Below are positions 12,452 through 24,745 of a DNA stretch of 60,000 nucleotides, in pieces. The stretch comes from Malacoraja senta (Eukaryota): assembly GCA_038087875.1 (NCBI GenBank), contig CM075988.1, forward strand, positions 13,952,001-14,012,000, read 5' to 3'. The stretch's first letter is position 1. Every line of letters starts with the position of its first letter. Below the pieces are notes generated by a model. The model saw nothing but the letters and a program-made list of their open reading frames with translations. It was not told where the DNA came from and did not search any database. The position numbers were made by a program, and so were the translations under genes.

Positions 12452-13935
12452 CAGGAAAAGCCTTGGAACTATTGACCAGTGAGCCTAACACCTGTTCTAG
12501 GTAAGTTACTGTAGAGGATTCTGAGATAAGATACATATCCACTTGGATAGTCAGAGACTGATAAAGGATAGTCAACGTCTACACAATTGCCTTCTTCAAC
12601 CTTCTTGGTGACCTCGTCAAAAAAAACCTCAATCAAATTCATGAGACACAATCTCCCATGTAAAAAAACTCAGGAGATGAGGGCAATTTTGTAGACCTGA
12701 AAGTATATGGACCTCAGCAAGGCTTTCAAAAGGTTCCAGATGGTAGGCTGCTCTGGAAGGTTAGAGCAGGGAGAGCTAGCGGGCTGGGTACAGAATTGAC
12801 TTCAAGGAAGGAAGCAGAGTGTGGAAGGTTGTTTTTTTCAGATTAGAGGCCTGTGACTGAAAGTGTGTCTCAGGAGTCGACGCTGGGCCTATTGTTTGTG
12901 GCTTATATCAATGATTGAGATGAGAATGTGCAATGCGTGATTAGTAAGTTTGCAGGTGATACCAAAGTAGGTGGTATCATAAACCGTGAAAATGGTTATT
13001 AAAAATTACAATAGACAATAGGTGCAGGAGTAGGCCATTCGGCCCTTCGATCCAGCACCGCCATTCAATGTGATCATGGCTGATCATCCCCAGCACTATC
13101 TTGACCAGCCGGGCGAATGGGCTGAAGAATGGCTAATGGAATTTAATGCTGTTAGGTGTGAAAGTGTTGCATTTGAGAAATCAAATCGGGGCAAAATGGT
13201 AGGGGTCTGGGGAATGTTGTTGAGGGTGGGATCCAGGAGTACAGGTACATAGTTCCATGAAACTGGCATCATAGATACATAGGGTGGTAAAGAAGACTTT
13301 TGGTACATTGGTCTTCAGTCATGGTATTGAGTATTGAAGTTGAGACGTTCTGTTACAGTTGTACAAGACAATGGCGAGACTGTACTTAGAGTATTGTGTT
13401 TAGTTTTGCTCAGGATGCTACAGAATGGAGCTGAAGTCTGGAGGCAATTAACGGTATATAAATTCATGGGGTGCCGTGAAAGCACAAGGTAGGAGAATCA
13501 AAAACCATAGTTCATAGGTTTATGGTGAGAGGAAAAAGATTTAATAGATAGATAGATAAACATTTATTGTCACATACACCAATTGGTGCAGTGAAATTTG
13601 ACTTGCCATGCAGCACACAAATAAAGATAACATCAAAGAATTTAACAACATAAAAACATCCCCCCACAATGGTTCCCACTGTGGGGGAAGGCAGCAAAGT
13701 CCAGTCCCATCTAGTCCCATCCAATAAGAACCTGAGGGGCAACTTTTTCGACTCGGAGGGTAGTGGGTATCTGGACTGAGTAGCCAGAGGAGGATGTTGA
13801 GGCAGTACAATGGCACCGCGATTGCTGGGGTTATGGACTGTGAGGAAGGCTCTCAAAGTATACAGCGGGATATAGACCAGCTATAGAAATAGACAAAGAA
13901 ATGGCAGAAACATTTTAATCCGAATAAGTTTGAGG
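12452..13935 (+). mobile_element. Decayed CR1-clade LINE RT region with micro-inversion and nested inserts
   Basis: Degenerate NYRPVSLT, CL.NLIE.F.EVTK.V.EG (inverted), MD.SKAF, ISKFA.DTK motifs; nested CR1 tail at ~13010-13092 (-) and insert at 13547-13722. Confidence 0.8.
13547..13722 (-). mobile_element. Short 5'-truncated SINE-like insert with Rex1/Babar-like tail
   Basis: Interrupts CR1 sequence AAGATTTAATA|..|AATAAGAACCTGAGGGGC (AATA duplicated); tail TTTCACTGCACC...GTGACAATAAA plus (TATC)n. Confidence 0.7.
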
Positions 13936-14645
13936 AGATCTGGTTGAAGAGGGCATGATGTGCCTGGGAGCACCAATTTACTCCTATTGAATATGTATAT
14001 TTTCACTAATGAGGTACTTGTGTGCACTTATTTAAACCTATAATACACATGAATGTCATTAAATTACCATCCAATGGTCAGAGATGCCTAGAAATTGGAT
14101 CTTGTGGCATTGTTTATTTCAGTGCCACATAATCCAAAATTGATCTTATTAAGAGTGAACCAGTTGATGGGCATCACGTTTTGGGTGCCAGGGTCCTGCT
14201 GTATTTACTACTCTCCTCAGAGTCAACTCTGCACAATCTGAGCAAGGCTCTGCTCAGGATAAAGAGGGGTCTGAGTAGTGTGGTGGTGGATGGTGGGGCC
14301 TGTGTCTCTGCTCCTGTGGGCAAGCTTCCCATGCTTCACACCTCTATTCCTGTCGGAGAGGTGACCTGCATACACAAAGTATCTCTGTGCTGATGTGCAA
14401 AAGCTAGCTCTGAAAGTGTGCTGTCTGTCTGTTCATAGAGACTGGCAAGCAGCCCCTTTGCTTCTGTAGAACCATGGCTGTTCATAAGAATGTAAGAAAT
14501 GTCCTTGTCTATTGATATATCCTGCCTAGTTCCCCCTGAAACCTGATTGCCTATTCTCACCAGCCATGCTTCACCCAGTTTATATCAATAGCATTCAAAC
14601 CCATGCCGGCTCTGGCCATTTTGGTCATTATTAACAATCATTAAC

Positions 14646-15403
14646 ATATCTAAATGGTGTCAAGTTGGGAAAAGGGAAAGTACAACGGGATCTGGGGGTC
14701 CTTGTTCATCAGTCTAAGAAAGTAAGCATGCAGGTACAGCAGGCAGTGAAGAAAGTGAATGGCATGTTGGCCTTTATAACAAGAGGAGTCGAGTATAGGG
14801 GCAAAGAGGTCCTTCTGCAGTTGTACAGAGCCCTAGTGAGACCACACCTGGAGTATTGTGTGCAGTTTTGGTCCCCTTATTTGAGGAAGGACATTCTTGC
14901 TATTGAGGGAGTCCAGCGTAGGTTTACAAGGTTAATTCCCGAGATGGCGGGACTGTCATATGCTGAGAGAATGGAGCGGCTGGGCTTGTACACTCTGGAG
15001 TTTAGAAGGATGAGAGGGATTCTTATTGAAACATATAAGATTGTTAAGGGTTTGGACACGCTAGAGGCAGGAAACATGTTCCCGATGCTGGGGGAGTCCA
15101 GAACCAGGGGCCACAGTTTAAGAATAATGGGTAAGCCATTTAGAACGGAGACGAGGAAACACTTTTTCTCACAGAGAGTTGTGAGTCTGTGGAATTCTCT
15201 GCCTCAGAGGGCAGTGGAGGCAGGTTCTCTGGATGCTTTCAAGAGATAGCTAGATAGTGCTCTTAAAGATAGCAGAGTCAGGAGATGTAGGGAGAAGGCA
15301 GGAATGGGGTACTGATTGGGGATGATCAGCCATGATCACATTGAGTGGCGGTGCTGGCTCGAAGGGCCGAATGGCCTACTCCTGCACCTATTATCTATTG
15401 TCT
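14646..15403 (+). mobile_element. 5'-truncated CR1-clade LINE (ORF2 C-terminus plus 3' UTR)
   Basis: ORF 14665-15249: RDLGVLV, LYRALVRPHLEYCVQFWSP, FFSQRVVSLWNSLP; CR1 3' UTR GGCTCGAAGGGCCGAATGGCCTACTCCTGC. Confidence 0.92.
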
Positions 15404-15754
15404 TAATAATTGATTCCAGTACATTTTCTACTACTAATGTCAAGCTAACCAACCTGTCCACAGATTGTTGTTTTCTCTCTCCTTCCCTTCTTACGTTGCC
15501 AATTTATCTTTGATATCTTCCAACCCTTTTAGCATCAATGGAATTTTGGAACAGGATAAATATGTATCCATTATCTCCATAGCAACCTTCTTCAAAAAAC
15601 CTATCATCCTTCAGTCTCTGTCATTTCCTTATTCCACAATATAATATCATCTGTATGTGTCTGACATAAACCTGCAATATCTTTGGCCAATCTTTTCAAT
15701 TCTGGTTTATTTATACCACAGTACGGCTGCAGAAATCAGGCTACTAGTGGAGAT

Positions 15755-16004
15755 GGCGGAACAGTGGCATAGCGGTAAGCTACTGCCTTACAGCGCTAGA
15801 GAGCCAGATTCGATCCTGACTATGGGTGCTGGCTGTATGGAGTTCGTACATTCACCTGTGTGGGTTTTTTCCGAGATCATGATATCAATGTAGAGTTGTC
15901 CCTAGTGTGTGTAGGGTAGTGTTAATGTGCGGGAATCGCTGGTTGGCATGGACTAGGTGGGCCGAATGGCCTGTATCTGCGCTGTAGCTCTAAACTAAAC
16001 TAAA
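15755..16004 (+). mobile_element. HE1-like V-SINE with internal deletion
   Basis: tRNA head, partial V-domain, TCTAAACTAAACTAAA tail. Confidence 0.8.
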
Positions 16005-16649
16005 ATATGTTTTTTCAATGTAAGATATATAGATCCCACAGGGGATGTTATGTTCTAATTGTTCATAAATACCCACCACCGGGCTGTACCACATGCTTGC
16101 ACTCCTTAGAAAAGATTTCCCACAGTTGAGTGAAATGTTATTATGTTTAGTTCAGTCGCCTAATTTCCAGCAGTTTCTTTAGTTTCATGCTGAAACAAAC
16201 TCTATTGCTGGTTCTGACTTTTTATGTCAGTCTGAACTCTCTGTGGGCTCTTAATGGGTCGAACGGATTAGAAATTTAATTGAAGTCAGCAATGGCTTAA
16301 TTAACCACTGAAACTATTGGACTGTACAAACTTCAGGCAGTGAGCTAAAATCGGTCAGGACTGCAAAGCAAATGGATCAATTAATCCTCCCAAAACATTA
16401 ACATACCCCCACCCTGACTCAGCATAACACAGTACAACAAAGCTTATATGAACACTAGGGATGAGGAGGTGCACTGTGCAAAGCTCGAGCCAAGAGCTAG
16501 TGCTTCATTTCATTACAGATGCAGTATTAACTTATAATCTATGTAACACCTTTCTCACAAAACCAACGTTATTGGTTTTGAGATTTTTCTGAGCTGCTTT
16601 TGACAAAGATCCTTCGACAAAGTAAAACCAACCAAAGACTTCCATAAAG

Positions 16650-16890
16650 TTCATGTTCATAATTTCTAAGAGCAGAATTAGGCTATTCAGCCCATCAAGT
16701 CTACTCCGCCATTCAATCATGGCTGAACTATCTTTTCTTCTCAACACCTTTCTCCTGCCTTTGCCCCATAACCCCTGACGCCCTTCCTAATCAAGAATCT
16801 GTCAATCTCCACATTAAAAAAATATCAATTGACTTGGCCTCCACAGCTGCCTGTGGTAATGAATTCCACAGATTTGCCATCGTCTGGCTA
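16650..16890 (-). mobile_element. CR1 3' fragment
   Basis: Reverse complement of CR1 3' UTR and ORF2 end. Confidence 0.75.
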
Positions 16891-17384
16891 AAGAGTCTTT
16901 TAGAGTAAAGGTCTTTTTCTGCTAAAACTTCACCTATCTTCCTGCACCTGCCATTATCTGATATTAACTTTGAAGTATCCTTGACGCCAGAGGATCATGC
17001 AAACAAGATCAAAACCTGTACAGATTTTTCATACACTGTTTCATCATGACGATTAGATATCAACATGTTCAAGACATTATTAAGCACTGAAATAATTTTA
17101 ATGAAATCTTTAGGAAGATAATTAGATGTTTTTGCCCAGAATCCTTGTTTTTGGAATTATTATTTTGCACCTACCACCAGAACAGTGTCACAATGGGTAT
17201 GCTCATGATAATTTCCCTTATTTTCTGGACAGAAAAAAAAGCTGTTGTCAGTGTGCATGTGCGGTCCCTGCACTCAGCCATCCATTCCCGACACAAGGTG
17301 TAGGCTACAGAGGAGCCCAGGAACTCCGATTTATAAAGGATACCATAAAATGTTATTTGCTCACATCCAAGTGCCATGTAGTTA

Positions 17385-17512
17385 TGTGTAGGAAGGAACT
17401 ACAGATGCTACACTGAAGATAGACACAAAATGCTGGAGTAATTCAGCAGGTCAGGCAGCATCTCTGGAGAATAGGAATAGGTGACGCTTCGGGTTGAAAC
17501 CCTTCTTCAGAC
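17385..17512 (-). mobile_element. Penelope-derived short element
   Basis: TGTAGGAAGGAACT.CAGATGC...TGCTGGAGTAA.TCAGC..GTCAGGCAGCATCTCTGGAG...CCCTTCTTCAGAC. Confidence 0.7.
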
Positions 17513-17764
17513 CTTCAGTGACAGCCCCTGAGACTAATACCACACATTTGCAACCCTTTTGCATAGCAATATCTCCTGGACTTAATTCAAAATGGCTGAC
17601 CCCTTATCCTGCGACTGCACTCTCAAGTTTGGGACTCACTAGAAACGGACTCCCACCATCTACCTTGTCAATCCTTCTGAAACTCCTATGTGTATCAGTG
17701 TGACCAATCATTAAAATGTGTGCAATTTATGCAGAAAAAAACAAAGAGGAACTCTTTCTAATAT

Positions 17765-18045
17765 GGAGGTCATGGGTTTAAGGTGAGTGGGAAAAGATTT
17801 AATGGGAACCTGAGGGGTATCTTTTTCACACAAAGGGTGATGGGAGTTTGGAATGAGCTGCAAGAGGAGGTAGTTGAGGCAGGGACTATCGCAACGTTTA
17901 AGAAACATTTAGACAGGTACATGGATGGGACAGGTTTAGAGAAATATGGGCCAAATGCAGACAGGTAGTGTAGATGGGAAATGTTGGTCGGTGTGGACAA
18001 GTTGGGCCGAAGGGCCTGTTTCCACTCTGTATGACTCCATGATTC
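17765..18045 (+). mobile_element. CR1 (HER1-like) 3' fragment
   Basis: FFTQRVMGVWNEL, TFKKHLDRYM; tail TGGGCCGAAGGGCCTGTTTCC shared with the V-SINE tails. Confidence 0.8.
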
Positions 18046-19122
18046 TAACATGGCAAGGGAATTGTGAAAATCAGCAGAAGCAGTCTAAGGAGGACTACTG
18101 CAAGTTATGACATCCTTCACTAAACCCCCACTAAACAGCACTTATAGTCCTACCAAAATCCACTCCATGTACTGTATTTCACAATAGCAGGCATAACCTG
18201 CAGGACCTTGCAGCCACGATGCAATTCTTAAATCCACAATCGTGCTGCCCATTGAAATGTGCTCCTAATCCTTTGCAGTCTGTGCACACACAATCCCAAC
18301 ATAATCTCATATATTTAATAACCTGCAGATGTTTAATAACCTGCTCTCCTTTCAGTGACAGCGAGTGATGTGAATGCTCTAAAAGTCGGCATTCTGTTCT
18401 GTCTACCAGCCCAACCATAGGAGATGCTGAAGCATACTAATCTTCGCAAGTGCCTGGCTATGATTGAAGTGAACCCCACCTCTCAATCCTGATACAGTGT
18501 TAACATCCTAACTTCCTACCACATTTGCAGGTGTTGGTGACTACTGCTGGCTTGGTTTGAGAGGGTAAACCATGATATGTGTCCATTCCAATTGGTGCCC
18601 ACACATTAAGGTTTTCATGCAAAGTGGCTATAATTATGATTCCCCATTCCCTGATGAATTAGAAATGTATCAAAACTTAATTTTAAATTGATGGTATGGG
18701 TTACCAGTGCTTCGTTATATGTTGTGATGCACCATGGTCGAGCATGGTAAATACATAAGCATGTACACATTTAGAATGCATTTGTTTTATTGATGAGTAC
18801 AGAATAACTAAAAATTAGCTCAATCTGGGGTTATCCCTCTTCCCTCTGCAATATATTCCCCACCCTCACAACAACCACCACAAGGTTTTCTGTGCTTATC
18901 AACATAAAATAGATTCATATACATCACTGAAGTAGACACCTCGGCCCAACTTGTCTCTGCAATGCTAGTTCCCTTTGCCTGTGTTTGACTCGTATCGCTC
19001 TGATCCTTTCCTATCCTTTGTCTTTTTATGTAAACCAGCATCTGCTGTTCCTTGTGTCTTTCTTGGAACTATTCTTTGTTGAGGTTATTGCAGTTACAGA
19101 GCAAAGGGTGGTGCAATTGCAA

Positions 19123-19409
19123 GGTGGCGCAGCAGTAGAGTTGCTGCCTTACAGCGCCAGAGACCTGGGTTCGATCCTGGCTACAGGTGCTTGTCGGTAC
19201 GGAGTTTGTATGTTCTTTCTGTGACCTGCATGGGTTTTCTCCGAGAACTTAGGTTTTCTCCCACACTTCAAAGGTGTACAGGTTTGTAGGTAAATTGGCT
19301 TGGTATCTATGTAAAATTTGTCCCTATTGTAGGATAGGGTTAATATGCAGGGATCGCTGGTCGGTGCGGATTCGGTGGGCCGAAGGGACTGTTTCTGTGC
19401 TGTATCTAA
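19123..19409 (+). mobile_element. HE1-like V-SINE
   Basis: Head GGTGGCGCAG..GTAGAG, B box GGTTCGATCC, V-domain and tail. Confidence 0.85.
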
Positions 19410-19739
19410 TTTTTTTTTTAATTGGCCGAGGTTCACCATAATTCTAACAAAATTGCTTCTCTCCCTTATGGAGAACCAACATCACAGAGTGAATGATAAA
19501 TTGCCAGCAAGCAATTCCAATGAAGTTCCAGCCATTTACACAGGTGGAAGATACAGCCCTAACATTGTAGGATCCACAATCGTTGCCATAATAGTCCTGG
19601 CCCATCCTCGAACTGGTGTTGCTTTGAATTTGCAAAATTGTGAAGTGCAGGAAGGAATCTGTTTTTGCTCATTTACGGATGTGGTCATCGCTGCAAGACC
19701 ACCATATATTGCTTGTTCTTAAATTATGCTGGAGAATGT

Positions 19740-20205
19740 TTTGTTTCTTGTCATGTGTACAGAGGTACAGTGAGAAGTATTTTGTTGCATGCTATCCAGT
19801 CAGTGGAAAGACTATTCATGATTACAATCGAGCCATCTCCAGTGTACAAATACAGGATAAAGGGAATAATGTCTAGTGCATGATCAAGTCCTGTAAAGTC
19901 TGATTAAATATAGTCCAAAGGTCTTCAATGAGATAGATGGTAGCTCAGGACCGTTCTCTAGTTGTTGATAGGATGGTTCAGTTGTCAGATGACAGCTGGG
20001 AAGAAACTGTCTCTGAATCTGGAGGTGTGCATTTTCACACTTCAGTACCTCTTGCCTATGGGGAGGGGAGAAGAGGGAGAGACCAGAGTGAGACTCTTTC
20101 TTGATGACGCTGGTGGCCTTGCTGAGGCAGTGTGAAGTGTAGATGAAGTTACTGGAAGGGAGGGTGGATTTTGTGATAGTCTGGGCTACTCCACAATTTT
20201 CTGAT
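19740..20205 (-). mobile_element. Rex1/Babar-like LINE 3' fragment
   Basis: Minus strand encodes a degenerate T.RFRDSFFPAVI..LN C-terminus followed by a ...TCACTGTACCTCTGTACACATGACAA tail. Confidence 0.6.
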
Positions 20206-22966
20206 GGTGATCACCCTTTTGAATCGCTGTAGGACTTCAGGTGGTGTTATTGAGTAGGGTGTTAGGGGAAGGGGTGGGGGGTGGTGGAGGATTTAGACCC
20301 AGCAATGATGATGAAGGAACTCGCTATATTTCCAAAGCAGGACGATATGCAACTTGGAACATGTAGGTGGTTGTGTTTCTATGTGCCTGCTAGTCTTGTC
20401 CACCTTAGTGTTATGCAGCACATTTAGTGGCTGCTGTCATATTATCCTCCGTGCATACAGTAACTACAAAGCATTTATGCATTATATAGTTTGTATACAC
20501 TGCTGCGTGCGATGAAGGCAATGAATGTTCAGCCAATGGAAGAACTTGCATCACGTGGACTACTTTGTCCTAAATGTGTCAATCCTTTGCAGAATTGATG
20601 GACCTGCAGTCATCCCGGAATGTAAGTTCTTCCATTACACTCGCAGCTTGTGCCTTGTAAACATGGAAAGGCTTTGGAGTGTCATGAGATGAGTGGATCA
20701 CTGCCAGGTATGCACCCTTTGACCTTCTCATAGCAGAGTATTAATATGGCTGGTTAGGTTACATTTGAGGAATTGGCAATGGTGATGCCTTTGAATGTCT
20801 AGGGTAGGATTAGGTTTGGAATAAACTGATTTGATTGTATTTCTCCAGCAATATGCCTTTTTTCTATTCTAACATTCTTGTTTATGATAATGTTTGCAGC
20901 GACGTTCACTTGTAGTAAACTTAATCTTATTCAATATGCTTTGAAGGTCTCCATTCCAAAAACTGCCTTGTTGCAGATATTATGATGTTCTTGAGACCAT
21001 AGTTTCACATTTCTCTCAATAAATGTAATTATATTTAAGCTTCAAGATGCAAGCAATTGAGAAACATGAATTAATTGCGTCTCTGACTTTTGTTAGTTCC
21101 AGTTCCATATTTATGTTCACCCTTGAGTGCCTCATTAACTCTGCTGCTGTGAAATCTCAAGCCACTCAGCAGCTACTGCAGTTTTCCTAAACTTGCTACA
21201 TCGGAAAGGTTAATTGTTCTTCTGCAAGTGGGAATTCTTCTCTTTGGAATGCAACAGATTGTGTAGCTGTGACCTTCTTTCTTCTCATGTTGAGGTGGAC
21301 AGAGAACTCTGGATAACAGATGGCTTGATAGATTTATAACATCTGTAATCAGGAGAAAATGTTGATTTATGATGTTCTCTGAAGCAAGAATAATTAAATT
21401 ATATTTTTCTCATGCTTGGTATTAGATTGGGGAATTGTATGTGTGTCAAATGGATGGTCATGCAGCTGTAGTTGTGAACATTTCTTGAACATTCCTTATT
21501 GCTTTGCTTGGTAGCACAACTAATATCATGAAAGCAATGAGAGGTCTTTAAAGACAGTGATTTTCAGTTAGTTTCTGTGTCTTTATCAGCATATCATACC
21601 AGGTTTAATTGACAAGCCACACTAATTAACTGTTGGCATCCTGGCATTTATTTCCAGTGGAATCAGCAGATCAAAGGTAAAAACTGTCACATGTTCTTCA
21701 AGAAAATAGGACTTGCTGGTACTATGTTATATATAGGGGAAGGGTTTGGGGTGGGTAATTGCAGGGAATATGGGAGACCAGGGAGGACAAAACCTACTAG
21801 TTGTGGCACTCAGGGGATCATTCCTGTTCCCATAGAGAACACTAGGCATCTTCAACTTCCCAATTCTATCCAATCCAATCTCTATTTACATTGTTCATCG
21901 TTCATGTGTTCTTACTATCTAGGAGGAGACCATTCAGCCCTTCAAATCGATGCAAGCTCTGCATGTCTATCAGACCCATTTTCCCAATGATTCTCCTGTA
22001 ACCCATCCTCCCACAATGCCCTCGTTAGACCCACATCCCTCTAAACCTTTCCTATCCAAAACTCCTGTTGCTCACCTTAGCCCAAACTGTGCCTCTGTAC
22101 TTACGTAAAACAACGTTATTTATTGGGTTACTTGCTTAAAAAACACTTTTAATCATATTATTTTAAGATATTTATTTGTAAATCAGCATATCCAAGTGAA
22201 AAATGTTATTGGTGGTTGGAGTAACATGTTATTTAAAAAGTTCATTATTGTTCACAAAGGAATAGTGCTATTAGTTTGTCCAAGTTCATTCCCAAGCCAA
22301 TGATTATGTACACAACCAATTCTAATTTCTAATTAAGCATTATTTAAATGTAGAATTATTTAAATGTAGAAGAGGCACTTCTGCTACATAGTCATTGAAT
22401 ATCAACACTCCTTAGAATGTGTTGACTGAACTGATATTACCACACACCAAGTCTTTTCTCCATAGCAACCAAGTGTTGGATTATGTAGTAAGCTGGTCTG
22501 CACAGAACTTGGGGTACTGTAGCACTACATTTAATAGCATATATATTTAAATAACCTATTTTGCATTAAAAATATATACAACAATTCTACTGAAGATTTC
22601 TTATAAATAAAACTTGTTTTAGTCGATCTTTCAGAGCTTGCTATTTCAAATGAGTTAAAAATGCAGTCCCATCTCCAGAAATGGATTTGCGAAATAGTGA
22701 GAGAAGATGAAGCAGAAATGTGAGCAGAAAGTCAACACTTATCAAAGGAAATGAAACAAACAGTTTATTTTGCAGTTTCAGATAAACTTTGGAAAGACAG
22801 GGGTCAGATTTACAGCCAGCAAAGTTCGACAATAAATTGTAGAATTCATGCTAAATACTGGACTGTTTCAATCAAAGGCAATCTTCCATTAAAAATGTAC
22901 AGATTAGCTAAAGTACCCAAGCTGCTTTACATTCTGTTGCTCCTTATGTCCACCATGTCCAAGACA

Positions 22967-24252
22967 GAAGGTACACAAAAATGCTGGAGAAACTCAGCGG
23001 GTGCAGCAGCATCTATGGAGCGAAGGAAATAGGCAACGTTTCGGGCCGAAACCCTTCTTCAGACTGATGGGCGGTGGGGAGAAGAAAGGAAAAAGGTGGA
23101 GGCGGAGCCCGAGGACTGAGGGATGGGAGGAGACAGCCCGAGGGCTGAGGAAGTGGAGGAGACAGCAAGGGCTAACAAAATTGGGAGAATTCAATGTTCA
23201 TGCCCTCAGGATGCAGACTCCCCAAGCGGAATATGAGGTGCTGTTCTTCCAATTTCCGGTGTTGCTCGCTCCGGCCATGGAGGAGACCCAGGACAGAGAG
23301 GTCGGATACGGAATGGGAGGGGGAGTTGAAGTGCTGAGCCACCGGGAGGTCAGGTTGGTTATTGCGGACCGAGCGGAGGTGTTCGGCGAAACGATCGCCA
23401 AGCCTCCGCTTGGTCTCATCGATGTAGATCAGCTGACATCTAGAGCAGCGGATGCAATAGATGAGGTTGGAGGAGATGCAGGTGAACCTCTGTCGCACCT
23501 GGAACAACTGCTTGGGTCCTTGAATGGAGTCGAAGGGACAAGTGTTGCATCTCTTGCGGTTGCAAGGGAAAGTGCCCGGGGAGGGGGTGGTACGGGAGAG
23601 AAGGGAAGAATTGACAAGGGAGTTACGGAGGGAGCGGTCTTTGCGGAAGGCAGACATGGGGGGAGATGGGAAGATGTGGCGAGTGGTGGGGTCACGTTGG
23701 AGGTGGCGAAACTGACGGAGGATCACTTGTTGTAAGTGACGGCTGGTGGGGTGAAAGGTGAGGACTAGAGGGACTCTGCCCTTGTTGCGAGTGGGGGGAT
23801 GGGGAGAGAGAGCAATGTTGCGGGGTATGGAAGAGACCCTTGTGCGAGCCTCATCTATGGTGGAGGAGGGGAACCCCGTTCCCTGAAGAATGAGGACATT
23901 TCAGATGCCCTGGTGTGGAACGCCTCATCCTGGGAGCAGATGCGGCGTAGACGGAGGAATTGGGAGTAGGGGATGGAGTCCTTTCAGGAAGCAGGGTGGG
24001 AAGAAGTGTAGTCCAGATAGCCATGGGAGTCAGTAGGTTTATAGTGGATGTCGGTCAGAAGTCTATCACCTGCGATGGAGATAGTGAGGTCAAGGAATGG
24101 TAGGGAAGTGTCGGAAAACGTCCAGGTGTATTTGAGTGCCGGATGGAAGTTAGTGGTGAAGTGGATGAAGTCAGTCAGTTGTGTGTGGGTGCAGGAGGTG
24201 GCACCAAAGCAGTCGTCGATGTAGCGGAGGTAGAGGTCGGGGATGGGGCCAG
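22967..24252 (-). mobile_element. Penelope-like retroelement, 5'-truncated (RT C-terminal part plus GIY-YIG endonuclease)
   Basis: LYLRYIDDCFG RT motif at ~24200-24236; ORF 23172-23726 with CNRKRCNTC, SNLIYCIRC..C..IYIDET.R.L.DRFAEH, PVAQHFN, EQHLIFRLG...GMN. Confidence 0.93.
23034..23068 (-). ncRNA. Minimal hammerhead-ribozyme-like motif in Penelope terminal repeat
   Basis: Minus strand CAGT-CTGAAGA-A-GGGT-TTCG-GCCC-GAAAC-GTT: conserved core, UUCG-capped stem II, palindromic AACGTT; stem I pairing not evident. Confidence 0.55.
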
Positions 24253-24464
24253 ACCTGTTTGTCTCTCTGAGTCAAATTGGCAACATTCGACTTCATCCTA
24301 ATCAACCAGCGTAACTGGGGCTTCACTGTTACTTATGTGCAATTCCAATATTTCTCAATTATTCTCTGTGTTGTTATTTTGCTTATTGTGCTATATAATG
24401 ATCAACAGAGTAGCTATTCATTTGTTATTTGTATCTTTTGATATCTCCTTTCCATCTCCCCTGA

Positions 24465-24745
24465 CCTCAGTCTGAAGAAGTGTCTCGACCTAAAACGTGA
24501 CCTATTCTTTCTTTTCCAGAGATGCTGCCTGACTCGTTGAGTTACTCCAGCTTTTTGTGTCTATCTTTGGTGTAAACCAACATCTGCATGAACTGCTGGG
24601 ATATTGTTTCACTGGCTTACATCTGTGGCTGAATAAAATAACATATGAAACAGGTAGACACAAAAAGGCTGGAGTAACTCAGCGGGACAGGCAGCATCTG
24701 TGGAGAGAAGGAATGTTCGGGTTGAGACCCTTCTTCAGACTGATA
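24465..24745. mobile_element. Two Penelope-derived short elements in opposite orientation
   Basis: CAGTCTGAAGAAG...AGATGCTGCC...GAGTTACTCCAGC at 24468-24588 and the reverse complement at 24653-24742. Confidence 0.7.

Noticed and set aside
14181..14393. Possible host exon after CTCTCCTCAG
   Set aside because: No recognisable protein similarity and no convincing donor or partner exons
19123..19200. tRNA genes at SINE heads
   Set aside because: Continue into the V-domain and LINE-derived tail; they are SINEs
23001..23735. 244-aa plus-strand ORF
   Set aside because: Antisense shadow of the Penelope ORF
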